The notes under the pieces: model-generated
The model's database searches: none
What the model was told of the DNA's origin: nothing
Seen by the model: only the letters and a program-made list of their open reading frames with translations
Made by a program: the position numbers and the translations under genes
In this document: positions 30,172 to 42,235 of the stretch, piece after piece
Position numbering within the stretch: the stretch's first letter is position 1
Layout of the letters: every line of letters starts with the position of its first letter
Assembly (NCBI RefSeq): GCF_009914755.1
Contig: NC_060932.1
Reading direction: 5' to 3' (one strand)
Origin: the human T2T-CHM13v2.0 reference genome, Homo sapiens
DNA: 64,000 nt

Positions 30172-32450
30172 TAAGCTGTTAACTGGTTCCCTTTACTCTC
30201 CACGTGAACCAAAGTCAATATCCTTCTGAGGACCCAAAATGCCCCAGCTGCCCCAGCAGAGGGAGATCAAGAATACACTCTAGGCCAGGTGGGCACTGTT
30301 CCTGTTAAGTGTGGGGGAGGAGCAAGAGGGTCTATAAGAAGCCTGAGGCAGCCCTTCTTATCCGGGTGGGTCACGGCTTACAAGGGAGCCTGCGTGGGTG
30401 GTTCCCCTTTACCTGCCAGGGTTTGGGCGCTCTGGAGCATGAATGGCTCTGCGGGAGGTGGGTGGACTTCTGGGGAGATCAGGAATTGTGGGCTTTCATG
30501 ATTCCCTTTCTATTAAGGCAAAGTTGCTTCCTTCTTCCTAATGCTCGCTCTCTGCCCAACCCCTCCTCGGGGTCTTCTCTCTCTGGCTGTTCTCACCTGC
30601 TCCCATGTCTCACTGTGACCCTCAAGGGACAGACATGGAAGCCTCTTGCCAGCCTCTCAGAAGTGCACTGGCTCCATATGACCTACTTCTGGAATCTTCA
30701 AAGATATTCTTTTTTCCTCAGAAGCCCCCCTTTCCCTTTGGGAAAAAGACCTTGAGAACTGCCTGTGGGAAGTTTGGGTCACCTTAAAAAGGCAATGAAG
30801 ATCTAGTCTCTAATCACACTTTAAGAGAAGTGGACAGAGGTCTCAGGAAGCCTCAATTCCTAAGCAGTATAGTGTGGGGGCCCCCATGGTTGCTGGAGGA
30901 ACAGGATTTGGGAAGCAGAATGGAAGGCAGTTTTTTGCAGAGCTGGAAGTTCCTAATAGGGAAGATCTTCTCTAAAGTTCTATGTTTAGCTTAGAAGCAT
31001 GCAGGGTTGGGTTGTCTCTGAAAGAACTACTGAGTTAAATGAAAATGAGTCAAAATGATTCTGTCTTCATCTGGAACACAGGACAATACTGAATTTCATG
31101 CTGTCTTCTGCAAGATGGGATGGTAACTGCCATCCCCGTGCCCAATAGGCACCAGGTGTTATCTTCTGATTCTTATTTTGTATGACACCTGTTGTCATTG
31201 AGGACTAAATGATTAGGTATTGGAGCCTTCTGAAGCTAAACCTTTACATAAACTTGTGCTAAGGAAGTCAAATGAGCTTTAAGTTCAGCCACCAACGTGG
31301 CAGCAATTGACCATAAAAGCTAAATGCCTTCTCCCATGGCAGATGCCCATAGAACTGAACAGCAGGCCCCCTGGAGTATTTCAGTCCTTAAGACATGCGT
31401 TACTCTGTGTGGCCTCCACTGTAAGGAGGCATTTAACTATGGATTTATATTAAGCTTACAAGGGCCACCTGTGGGTGTGCAGGGGGCTGCTAAGGACTCT
31501 GCTGGTCCCTCACGCTTGCAACTAAAACCTTAGGATTCCTTAACAGAAGGCATTTGCTATCCCATTCAACATCAGCCTAGGAGCCAAAGTGCTTTGGTCA
31601 CGTTGCCTAGTTCTACACTAACAGCAGATCTAGCAAATATTTACTTCACATGACTCTAATAACGTTCACTAGCCCTGTGAGACAGTATGCCATGAACGAC
31701 ATTTTGGACATCCAGAATCTTGATGCAGCAATAGGGGGTAGGGGGAAACAAGTCTCCATTTCTCATTACTTCCAATATCCTATAGCATAGTCTCCACTAG
31801 GCAGGTGCTGTGACCCCTGTAACCGAGGAGTTTATTAACAAAATGCTACTATACTTCTGTTTCTCCTTACTTGTTAAGCACAGTATGCTGTTTAAGAAAG
31901 GTGGAATCTGGGTTTGCCAGTTGGAATTTACTCAAAGCAACAAAAGAAACTTTGTGGGCAGAGCGATTCTTCCCTGGTGTTTCTGACTGAATCTGATTCC
32001 TTTAATTACCTGCTTGTAAACAGCAATTCTTAACTCCCAGCATCACCATCAATCTTATTCATAGCTCAGGTTTCTAATTGCTCACCTGCAAATAATCCAG
32101 CAGGCTGAATGTGGAGGCCTCTGAGACAACTCGAGTGAGCCATGTGTTAAGACATTCCAGGTAACTGCTGCTTCCTCTCCTTTTGGGAAAGGCATTGTAA
32201 GTGAAACCAGGTGAAATGCTGCCCTAAGAACAGCCAACAGCTTCCACAGATCATATCTGACCATTGGTCATGATGGTAAACCACAAAGGCAGAGAAGCTC
32301 AAAGTGGCCCTTGGGGTATGTTTTAGAGAACTGTTGTGGAAGGTTTTCTAGGCTCTCCCAAGCCTGCATCTTATGTAGAGAAGATCCCACTGTAACTACG
32401 TCTATCGTCTGATGTCATGTCATGCTCAGGGACCTAGTCCACTCCAATTC
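30172..32450 (+). repeat. Local duplication family 1, copy A (~2.2 kb, non-TE)
   Basis: Collinear with 34028-36160: shared anchors gtcaatatcctt, attaaggcaaagttgc, ctagtctct, gtgcccaat, gttaagcacagtat, tttactcaaa. Confidence 0.9.
30214..30360 (+). promoter_or_regulatory. Putative promoter/insulator block A (CTCF-like, MYB-like, Sp/KLF-like, TATA-like)
   Basis: CCAGCAGAGGGAGA at 30253-30266, CTGTTA (TAACAG on minus), GGGGGAGG, CTATAAGA; motif match only. Confidence 0.35.
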
Positions 32451-32599
32451 CTTTCCCTTGTGCTAAATTGGAAGCCTCCCAATCACTTCTGACTTCAGCA
32501 TTCTTGTCTACGTGAGCTTGCCTGCTCCTCATTGTCCTGTCTAGGACACCAGCGCTTCTAGATCACATTTTTATAGACTTGGGGGGCATAGCAACAGAC

Positions 32600-32920
32600 C
32601 GGTCATGTGGACACATCATGTAATGGTGAGATCTAGGCTTCTGGCATGCCTATCACCCAAATAGTGAACAGTGTACCCCATTGGTAACTTTTCAATCCAC
32701 ACCCCCTCTCAAAATCCCCATTGTCTATTTCCCTGTTCATGTGTACCTACTGTTTAGCTCCCACTAGAATGAGGCATTTGTTTCTAAATCAAACATAAGA
32801 TAAATTTCACTTAGGATAAGTCTTCAATTCCATGTTGGAACTATCACTTAGGATAAGTTCCCAGTTCCACTGGGAAAGACATGACTCCATTCTTCATTAT
32901 AGCTCCACAGTATTCCATGG
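32600..32920 (-). mobile_element. L1 3'UTR fragment
   Basis: cacccaaatagtgaac...tgtttagctcccact...tcacttaggataa. Confidence 0.75.
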
Positions 32921-33314
32921 TCTTGGAACACTTCTTAAGCCAAACAGGGATTCCCAAACCAGTGAGGGACTTATGCTGGTGCATCATAAATACTCCTTAG
33001 TGCGCAGTGAAACTTAAAACTTTGAGCTGCCCATTTAGTTACTCACTAATATGTTCTCTTATGAAATGTTTCTAATTAAAATGTGTATACGTCTGCTCAT
33101 CAAAGTCCAAAATTGTTCTTCCTTCACACAGTTTTGAGAATGAATCCCTAAAGCCCTGAGAGGCTCTCCTTTATTGGATTTGGCCTGTAGAAAGTTAAAC
33201 ACAGATGTTTTCTGAGAAAGTATAATCAGAGACGGGGCATGGAGAGGAGGGAGGCCTTGGGGAGGCAGGGGCTTTCCCTGTGCACTCACTGGGCATCAGG
33301 GGCAAGGTCTGAGA

Positions 33315-33481
33315 GACCTCCGGTCTCTCAGAAGTGCGCTGGCTCCACGGGATATACCTCTGGAATCATCAGAGTACCTCCTTTCTTTGGAAGCCCCTTT
33401 TTCCCTTTAAGAAAAGGACCCTGAGAACTGTATATAGGAAGTTCAGGCTACCTCTTAAGAGGCAGTGAAAACCTAGTCTCT
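33315..33481 (+). repeat. Near-identical ~165-bp copy of 34483-34650
   Basis: About 95% identical by eye; third partial copy of family 1. Confidence 0.92.
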
Positions 33482-34027
33482 TTGCTCACCTGAAAGCAAA
33501 GGTGGTGCACTCTCCCTCTGCCGGCTGTCAGACCTTGCCTCTTCCACTTCCCAGCCCTGGTTCCTCTTCCTTCCTCTACACCTCAAAGGTGTCAGAACTC
33601 ATAAGGATATGCTGCTGGCTACTGATGCCAAACTGCAGTGCGTCCTCTTGAGTGCATAGATGCCTTGGCTCACCTAGAGCCTCTCAGGGCTTTAGGGATT
33701 CAATCTTAGAACTTAAGGGCCTGTTGCTGGAGCCTGGGTGGGTAGTGTAGGATCTCAAGTTGCAGCTTCAGCACAGGTGTGTAGCTCAGGTGATGAAATT
33801 GCAACATCCTGCACTGTATTTGGAGCAAGGGGGGTGGCCCAGGCAAACATCTGCTATGTCCTGGTGGCACCCCAGGAGATGCATGCTCTGTCCATGGAGG
33901 ACCAGAAGTACTACCTCTTAAAGGAGTGTAGAGGTGCCAGCGTGTCTTCAGGATCGGCCCCTGAGGGCTCGCAGGAATGTCAGGACTACACCCAGGAAGG
34001 AGCCGCTCTGCTTATTGCAATAAGATG

Positions 34028-36160
34028 TGAGCTGTTGACCTGTTCCCTCGTCTTTCGTTTCTAAGGTGGTTGTCAATATCCTTGTTGATGACCCAAAAGG
34101 CACCAGCTGCTCCAGCAGAGGGAGCTCAAGAATGCATTCGAGGCTAGGTGGGCACTGTTCCTGTTAAGTATGGGGGAGGAGCAAGTGGGTCGATAAGAAG
34201 CCTGAGGCAGCCCTTCTCATGTGGGTGGGTCGTGGTTTACAAGGCAGCCTGGGTGGGTGGCCCCTTTTCTCACCAGGGTCTTGGGAGCTCTGGAGCATGC
34301 CTGGCTCTGCAGGGGTTGAGTGGACTTCCAGAAAGATCAGAAATGGTGAGCTTTCATGATTATTAAGGCAAAGTTGCCTCTTCCTAATGGTCTCCCTCAA
34401 ACCATTTCCTCCTCAGGCCTTCTCTAGTTGTTTCCACCTGTTCCCCTGTGTCACCATGACCCTGAAGGGGGCAGATATGAAAACCTCTGGTCTCTCAGAA
34501 GTGCGCTAGCTCCACAGGAGATATACCTCTGGAATCATCAGAGTACCTCCTTTCCTTGGAAGCCCCTTTTTCCCTTTAAGAAAAGGACCCTGAGAACTGT
34601 ATATAGGAAGTTCAGGCTACCTCTTAAGAGGCAGTGAAGACCTAGTCTCTTCTAGCAGTTTAGAAATAAACCAAAATCTTGAAGCTTCAACTCACCATGA
34701 AAAGGCTGGGGAGTTGGGTCCCTGAGGCTGCTGCAGGGAGCTTGTGAAACTGGATTTGGGGAAGTAAGGAAGGACAGTTTGTGCAAAACTGAAGGGTCCC
34801 CACAGGAAAGATCTTTCTAGCTTTTCCTTTGTTTAGTAAACAAGAATAGACTGCTCCAAGTGTTGGGTTAAACAGAAAGTAATGACTCAATTGGAAAAAA
34901 ATCAAGGAAATTGAATTTTATGACATCTTCTCCTGCATAATGGATGGCAGCTGACATCCCTGTGCCCAATCAGTACCGGGTATCTTGACACCTGTTATAG
35001 TTCAAAATGACTGGAGCCTGGGGCCTGTTCAAACTAAACCTCTGCATGGATTTTATACAAAAGGTAAAATGAGCTTGTTAAGCTGGAAAAGTGGTAGCCC
35101 GTCAGCTGTGGAAGCCAAATGACCTTTAACGTGGCAAGTGCCCCTAGAACTGAGAGGTGCAGGCCACTTAGAGAACTTTTGGTCTTTAAAGCAAGGTTGT
35201 GGTTCTTGCAAGCATCTCCTTACAAGTTAGACCACACTAACTGGATGGGACATGAAGATTACAAGGGAGACCTGTAAGCGTGTGAAGGTAGTAGTGAACT
35301 TTGCTATCCCTTCAAACTCTTGCAGCTGAAATCCTCTAATTCATTAAATAGAATGGCACATGCCTTCTGTCCCTGGGCCCCAAAGTGCTCTGGTCCTCTT
35401 GCCTAAACCTATACTGATGTTGGATTTGGCAAGCCTTCCCGTATGGTGCAGTATTGCAAGGCTTACTGCGTCTTTCAGTAATGCTCATTACCTATAAAAC
35501 TGTACGGCAGAAACTGCATTCTGGACAACTAGAATCTTGACCTAGCAAAAGTAATCTTCTTGCTTCCAATATTCTGTAGTGAATCTCCATCAGGCAGGTG
35601 GCCATAATCCCAGTACTTGCGAGGAGTCTGCTAATGAAATGCTACCATACACTTTCACCTTCTGTGTTAAGCACAGTATTTCTGTCTTAGAAAAAAGGTG
35701 ACTGGATTTTCTGGTTGGATTTTACTCAAACAACCAAAGTAGTTTTTGGCGTGGAGGATTCAACCCTTTATTTCTGATCCAGTATAGTGCCTCTGGTGAT
35801 TGCCTACCTGTAAACAAAGTCTTATTTCCTGCTTCCATTTAACCTTCATCCTTAGCTCAGGCTCCTAATTGTCCTGTAAACCCAGCAAGGCAGCGCTGAC
35901 TGGAGGCTCCTCCGAGACGGTGTGAGTGAGTGTACTAAGACATGTTCTCATGGTAAATTGCTTTTGGGGAACGCGGCCTAAGTGGCCTGTCTTATCCTTT
36001 CAGCCTGCTCCACAGAGAAAAGCTACCAGCTCACACAGACATTAAGGTCCTAGAAACAGTTCTGAGGCTCTTCTGGGCTTCCATGGCCAGCATCCAGGTT
36101 TCTGCAGCTACACTACCGTGGAGGCCTGCATGTCCTCAGACTGAGCCCTCCCCATCCTAC
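34028..36160 (+). repeat. Local duplication family 1, copy B
   Basis: Collinear with 30172-32450. Confidence 0.9.
34072..34218 (+). promoter_or_regulatory. Putative promoter/insulator block B
   Basis: CCAGCAGAGGGAGC at 34112-34125 (one mismatch from a canonical CTCF core), CTGTTA, GGGGGAGG; TATAAG has become GATAAG. Confidence 0.35.
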
Positions 36161-37099
36161 TCAATGTTATAGCTGCACACCCCAGTGGCCCCTCCTGGGA
36201 CATGCATTGCCACAGGGCCTGCTTTTGTCTCCCCTTCTCCTAATCCAAAAGCTGGTATCTTATGGTCGGCGGGGGCGGGGTACTACTGGCTAGAATGTAG
36301 AGTTAAAGGCTTGTAAGCCCTGTTCTTGCATCCTGAAATGAGTCAGACCCATGTGGGAAATGTATAGCTTGGCCTCTGACACAGGGCCTCGCAGTCCAGC
36401 CACCTGTTTCCTGGACACTGCATTGCGAGTTCTTCCCTCTGCTAACTCTAGTGCCTAGGAGACGCAGGCACTGTTCAAGGCCTGGGGCACAGAACCATCA
36501 AGACAGTCTCATGATAAATCAAGATAAGACACATGCAGGAAGAATGAGTGCCTTACCACTCCTTTTCTTGGCCCTTCTAGGTGCTTCTCCTAAACTTGGA
36601 GGTTTTTCATCTCTTTGGTGCACATTGTAGTCTTGTATGTTTCATCAGCCCCATCCTCCCAAATTGGCTCCCTCATGCCAGTGGCTACCATAACACCTCC
36701 TGTTCTAGTGGTGTCTTACTCCAAAGCCCTGCCTTGGGATTCCTGTTTATGTGCACATGGTCATCCTACAGCATCTGTTCTCAGAAAAATAGCACAAAGG
36801 AGCAGCAGCCAGTGTGGAAGTGACTTGCATTTCTATGGTATGGTAGCACTTTCCCACTCTTAATGGAATGTTGACTGTTCTTCCTGCCACCATCCTTGAT
36901 GCAGAGTAGGAGACAATGAGATGCAAAAGATAAAAGGAGAATGAGGAACAGATGGATGAGGTTAGTAAGGCCATCTTACCAGGATGCTGCAATTGGGAAG
37001 TACTGCAGAAGTCTAGATCTCAAGCTCTGAGTTGGGAGCTTATGTGCTCCTACTCAATATAGAGTTTGCCACCTACGGATGGAAGGAATGCAGAGAAGA

Positions 37100-37239
37100 A
37101 CTCGAATTACAATCAAGGTTTCCCTACTATACACAAATCCTTAGCTAATTGGCTGAGCTCTGCTTTAAGCTAGAGTCAGATCATACACATTCTAAAAAAA
37201 ATTCCAAAGTTATCCCTAAAGCTTTGTCTATTTCTCCTA
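37100..37239 (+). repeat. Inverted repeat, left arm (~140 bp)
   Basis: Reverse complement of 39093-39240. Confidence 0.93.
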
Positions 37240-39092
37240 CCCTGTTTGTCTATTTCTCCACCACCTGGGTGGTGGCAGGATGTGCCTCCTTGAGAGGGAT
37301 AATCTGTCCTGCAAGCATCTCTCCTGTCTCAGAATCCCAAATTCTAACAATTCTTCCTGAAGTTCCTAGTTTTTAGTGGTACTTGACGTTCCTCTGAGGA
37401 AACTCCTGAGCACCATGTGCCCGGAATTGAACCTCAAAATTGATCTTCAATTTTATAAGTGGCTTAGTTTTCAGATGATCCTAAAAAGTAGATTTGGGGT
37501 GACCAATGTTTGTGCAATTCTTAAAGCCATTTCCTCTCCTTAAAAGGCAGTAAGTATTCAAATCCCTGGAAACATTGCTGAAATTGAATGCCAGGATGCT
37601 TAGCTACCCTGGAGCTTGTTCCTGTTTTGAGCAGGTGCTCATGGCATGAACATGAATTGGTGTTCTCCAGCTGTGTAGTTTTATGCTATCCTAGTGCCAG
37701 AATCAGTGAGGTAGAGCCCTGAAACTCACCTGGCTGCATCCCAGTTGAACTGGAAGGAGCTAAATTCTTCTAATATGAAGATGAGAGTCCTAGCTTCTGA
37801 TATGTCCAGGTATACTCTTTAGGATCTAACTGATTTGGGTTGAATAGGTTGGGTATGATGAACCTGCTCGAGTAAGGCTTGTGTTCTAGTCTCTTGTTAA
37901 ACTGAAATGGAAATACTCTTGTTGAAGGGTAGCAGTTAGTAAGCATCCTATCTTTTAGAGAAAGTGCTATTGTTACCTTGAGTATGCTTCTCCCCTAACT
38001 TCCTTCTGAAACCACATATCAGGCCTCTTTGCATGCCCATACCATGCTGTTTCTGTATCTTTTCACTTGCTTTTTACTTTTACATCACCAATTTCATCTC
38101 CTAAGATACCTCTTCTGCTTTGATCTCATCCATTGAGTTAATCTTCAAGAGTAGGATGATCTTTGGATACTGGCTAACAACATTTTAGCCTGCCTGTGAG
38201 GACAGTGGCATTGCCAGGCCAAAAGATAACTTCTGGAGCCCAAGCAATTGGATTGGATCTACACAAAAATCCTCAACTACTTACTATTGCTAGTGGAGCA
38301 GACGGAAGTCTAAATGCTGCTAAATATGTGAAGCTAGAGACAAGACTGACAGCCCAAAGGCACAGCACACTTGCAGAGTGTAGAATGAGGGTGAGGGTCA
38401 GGAATCCTCTTGTGAGTTTAGGGTAGGGTAAGAAAGTTGTTATACCTGAAGAAATCCTGTAGGTCTGACAGTCTAAAGGTTATCCATAAACAGGGTGTTA
38501 AGGGGTGAGGAACTGGGCTTATGCCAGTAACAAAGACGTGACAAAATCTCCGAGTAGCAAGGGACTCTGGGGCCCTGAGCTGAATCTCCACTTGCAGAAC
38601 TAGGAGTGTTTGTCTCGGGATAAATACATGCAAAACATCTAGTAGGTGGCCAGTTCTTGGGATGTGGGGCAGTTAGAGATATTGAATTTAGGGGTTTGAC
38701 TTTGGAAATACTATATAGTCAAGATTTAAGTGTCACTTTACCCTTACAAGAACAGGCTGAATGTGGCATCTAGTGGCACATAGGGAGCCTGACTTGTAAG
38801 ATTCCCAGAATTAAGAGGAACCTCCAGGATTTGTCATCTTCCATGTCTTGAGAAGGGTTCCCATGAAACTGCTTCAGGAGAAACTAGATAGCTTCTGATA
38901 CAAAATGTAGACTAGTCTCCTATAGAATGATCTTGAATATGTGTAATTGCCTGGCAATTCAGATGAGTAAGTAGAAGACAAAACTGACTGCTGGCCTTAC
39001 TTCCAACATTCCTGATCTCTATGCAGGTCTCCCACTGAGACATCAGTATTACAGAGCAATTGCTATCATCCAATAGACTGTACCCTATTGGA

Positions 39093-39240
39093 TAGGAGAA
39101 ATAGACAAATAGTTTTAGGGATAACTTTGGAGTAATTTTTTTTTGAATGTGTATAATCTTTGACTCTAGCTTAAAGCAGCTCAGCCAATTAGCTAAGGAT
39201 TTGTATATAGTAGGGAAACCTGGATTATAATCCTAGAGTC
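39093..39240 (-). repeat. Inverted repeat, right arm
   Basis: Reverse complement of 37100-37239, e.g. gctcagccaattagctaaggatttgt. Confidence 0.93.
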
Positions 39241-40587
39241 CTCTGGGGATCTTATAGAAGTTCTTGTAGACTGTCCTGTAAGCTGAGAAGCTTTACACAA
39301 GAGAACCCATACCATCATTGTCCTGGACTGTTGCATATTCTAAAGTCTGAGAACACTTGTGTACTCCAACAGGCTTAAGTTATTTCTGAAGGTAATCTCA
39401 AGTTAATGTTCATATTTTTATTGCTAGCCACTACCTTGTCACCATGACTTCAAAGGGATGACATTCTCCTGAGCCTCATATTTCTTAAATCCGTAGTTGG
39501 TGGGAACTATTATTGGGGTTGCTAATATTGCCTGTTCTAGTATGGGAATACAATTGCTAGAATTCAGAGGTGTGAGAAAGCTAACCCTAATCTCAAAGCA
39601 CAGGGGTGCATCACCCAAAGCAGATATGCTCAGCTTGCATATTCTTTCAGGAAACTTCTGGCAGGACCAGGGATCTAAATGCCTCTAGACATCGAACAAA
39701 TAAGACTTTGCCACAGGGAAGATCTGTATATTCATGGCAACATGGGAAGAGACCATAAAGCAGCAAATATACAAAGTAGAAATAGTAGGTAAGAACTTCA
39801 TAAAACGAGTTGTGGTACAACTATTGTGGGTACAGGTAAATGACTTAGTGATTTGGAAGATGAGAGGAATCTAGGGTAATGAGTTAAACTAAGTCCAAAT
39901 TTAGAGTACAAAAACACTCCAATATCTGGAGCACAAAAGTACCAGGCCAACATTTAGACAAGAGACCTAAAAGCAGAAATCACAGGGGAAGCTGTGTTGA
40001 ATGGGGCTCAGGTAGAGCTCAGACCTCTAGAACAGTCAGGAAGTCGACTTAAGGTATCTCTTACCTTGCCCCCCTTGAATACAGGCCCATTGAATTTCAT
40101 CCCCAGAGTGAGACAGGCAACAGTTATGACTCCCACAAAACCAGGACTTCCTAGGTTAGTCTGGATAACTTTTTCTGTTAATAGAACTTGAGGCCACTCT
40201 GAGAAGGTAGAAATGGATGTTGAAAGAACAATGTAGCCTTAGGAAGAGGCAGGACTAGTGACTTTGGTATGAGAGAGACTTGCCACGGTAACCATTACCC
40301 TCTTGTCTGAAGGTGTGAATCTGAAGGAACTGGAAGTTCTCCAACTGTCTTCTCCAGGTAAATCATGCAGGGATCTGTAGCACCATTGAAAGTCTATTAA
40401 ATCACTTGGAAATATGTGGCAGTTGCATTTTGAATGTCCAAAAATCTCTTCAAACGTCTAAAATTAATACAAATGTGAAGTAGTAAAGCTAGAGTGAAGT
40501 GAATGCCTGATCCATTCGATAATCTTAAAAGCTAGATAACTCTCAAGAAGGTTAAACATTCACTTTGCCATAAATGATAATAGACCC

Positions 40588-40948
40588 TATATTAGTCCAT
40601 TTTCATGCTGCAGATAGACGTACCTGAGACTGGGCAATTTACAAAAGAAAGTTTTAATTGGACTTACAGTTCCACATGGCTGGGGGATGCCTCACAATCA
40701 TGGCAGAAGGCAAGAAGAGGAGCAAGTTTACATCTTACATGGATGGCAGGAGGCAAAGAGCCTGTGCAGGGAGACTCCTGTTCTTAAAACCATCAGATCC
40801 TGAGACCCATTCACTATCATGAGAACAGCATGGGAAAGACATGTCCCCATGATTCAATCATCTCCCTTGGGGTCCCTCGCACAACATGTGGGAATTATGG
40901 GAGCTACAATTTGAGATCTGGGTGGGGACACCCAGCCAAACCATCTCA
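40588..40948 (-). mobile_element. THE1B/C-like solo LTR
   Basis: Antisense THE1; perfect 5-bp TSD gaccc. Confidence 0.92.
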
Positions 40949-41687
40949 GACCCCAAGGGTGAAGACTGAGGGACTTTGAGATGTCTACCTGCCACTGAGC
41001 TGGTGACTGCCTAATAATGAGTCAAGGAGAGGAGAAAAATGGGAGAGCTTCCTTACCAAAAAAAAAAAAAAAAAAAAAAAAAAACAGTAACTGTTCTAAT
41101 TCTTCTCTGGATCTCTGGAAGTAAACGCAAAGGTTGTTGTAAGACTTCTCAGGCCACCTTGGAATGAAGGTAACACCCTGGCTCCAGGAGCTTGCTTGTT
41201 TTTGTATAATCTGAAAACCCTTTTGAGTGACACTAGGGACTCACTCTACACCATCAGCTTTTATCACTCTCTAAGTATCTTTTTTTTTTTTTTTTTTTTT
41301 TTTGAAAAGACCAGCTAATCTGGATGTCTGTTAAAAAGTTGTTATGCTGGTCCCGTGTCTTTGAGGTCTTTACAGAATTAGCTGGCACTAGATCATTAGG
41401 AAATTGTGGGTTATTATGACCTGCCTAGATACTAGTATCTCAAATCTGCAGATCCAAGTTCAAGAGAATGTTCTCTAGGTCCTAAAATTAAATACATTAT
41501 CAAACCCTGGAGATGGATAGCTGAAGGATTAGTGGGTGAGGGTGGCTGAAACAATCACAAGATTGTGACCAGAGGGGGGAAGAAAACGGGGTGACTTGGA
41601 AAAATGGTTAAAGAGAAGCTAGAATTTTACGTGGCCTCCAAACAAGCTTTGGGCAGGTCAAATTGACTTGGACATAGGATGAGAGGC

Positions 41688-42235
41688 TGTATTAGGATTC
41701 TCTACAAGGAGAGAACTAATAGAATATACGTATATGAGAGTGAGTTCATTAAAGGGAACTAACTCACATGATCACAAGGTAAAGTTCACAATAGGCTGTC
41801 TGCAAGTTGAACAAGGAAGCCAGTGGTGGATCAGTCTGAGTCACAAAACCTCAAAAGTAGGGAAGCTGACAGTGCAGCCCTTCAGTCTGTGGCTGAAGGC
41901 TCAAGAGCCCCTGAAAAAACCACAGGTGTAGGTCCAAGGGTCCAAAAGCCAAAGAACTTGGAGTCTGATGTTTTGGGGACAGGAAGCATCCAGCAAGGGA
42001 GAAAGATGAAGGCCAGAAGACTCAGCAAGTCTTCTTCCATCTTCTCCTGGCAACTTTATTCTAGCTGTGAGAGCAGCTGATGAAATGATACCCAGATTGA
42101 GGGGTGGGGTCTGCCTCTTCCAGTCCACTGACTGAAATGTTAATCTCCTTTGGCAACACCCTCACAGACACACCCAGGAACACTACTTTGCATCCCTCAA
42201 TCCAATCAAGTTGACACTCAGTATCAACCATCACA
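41688..42235 (-). mobile_element. MLT2A/B solo LTR (ERVL)
   Basis: tgtattagg...caagttgacactcagtatcaaccatcaca termini. Confidence 0.92.

Noticed and set aside
31115-31160. Minus-strand LLGTG/LIGTG (paralogue ~34945-34975) as a retroviral protease DTG motif
   Set aside because: The catalytic Asp is absent in both copies and the surrounding frames are broken with no other gag/pol motifs.
33738-34064. 108-aa + strand ORF
   Set aside because: Non-ATG start, no recognisable domain, and not preserved upstream of copy A.
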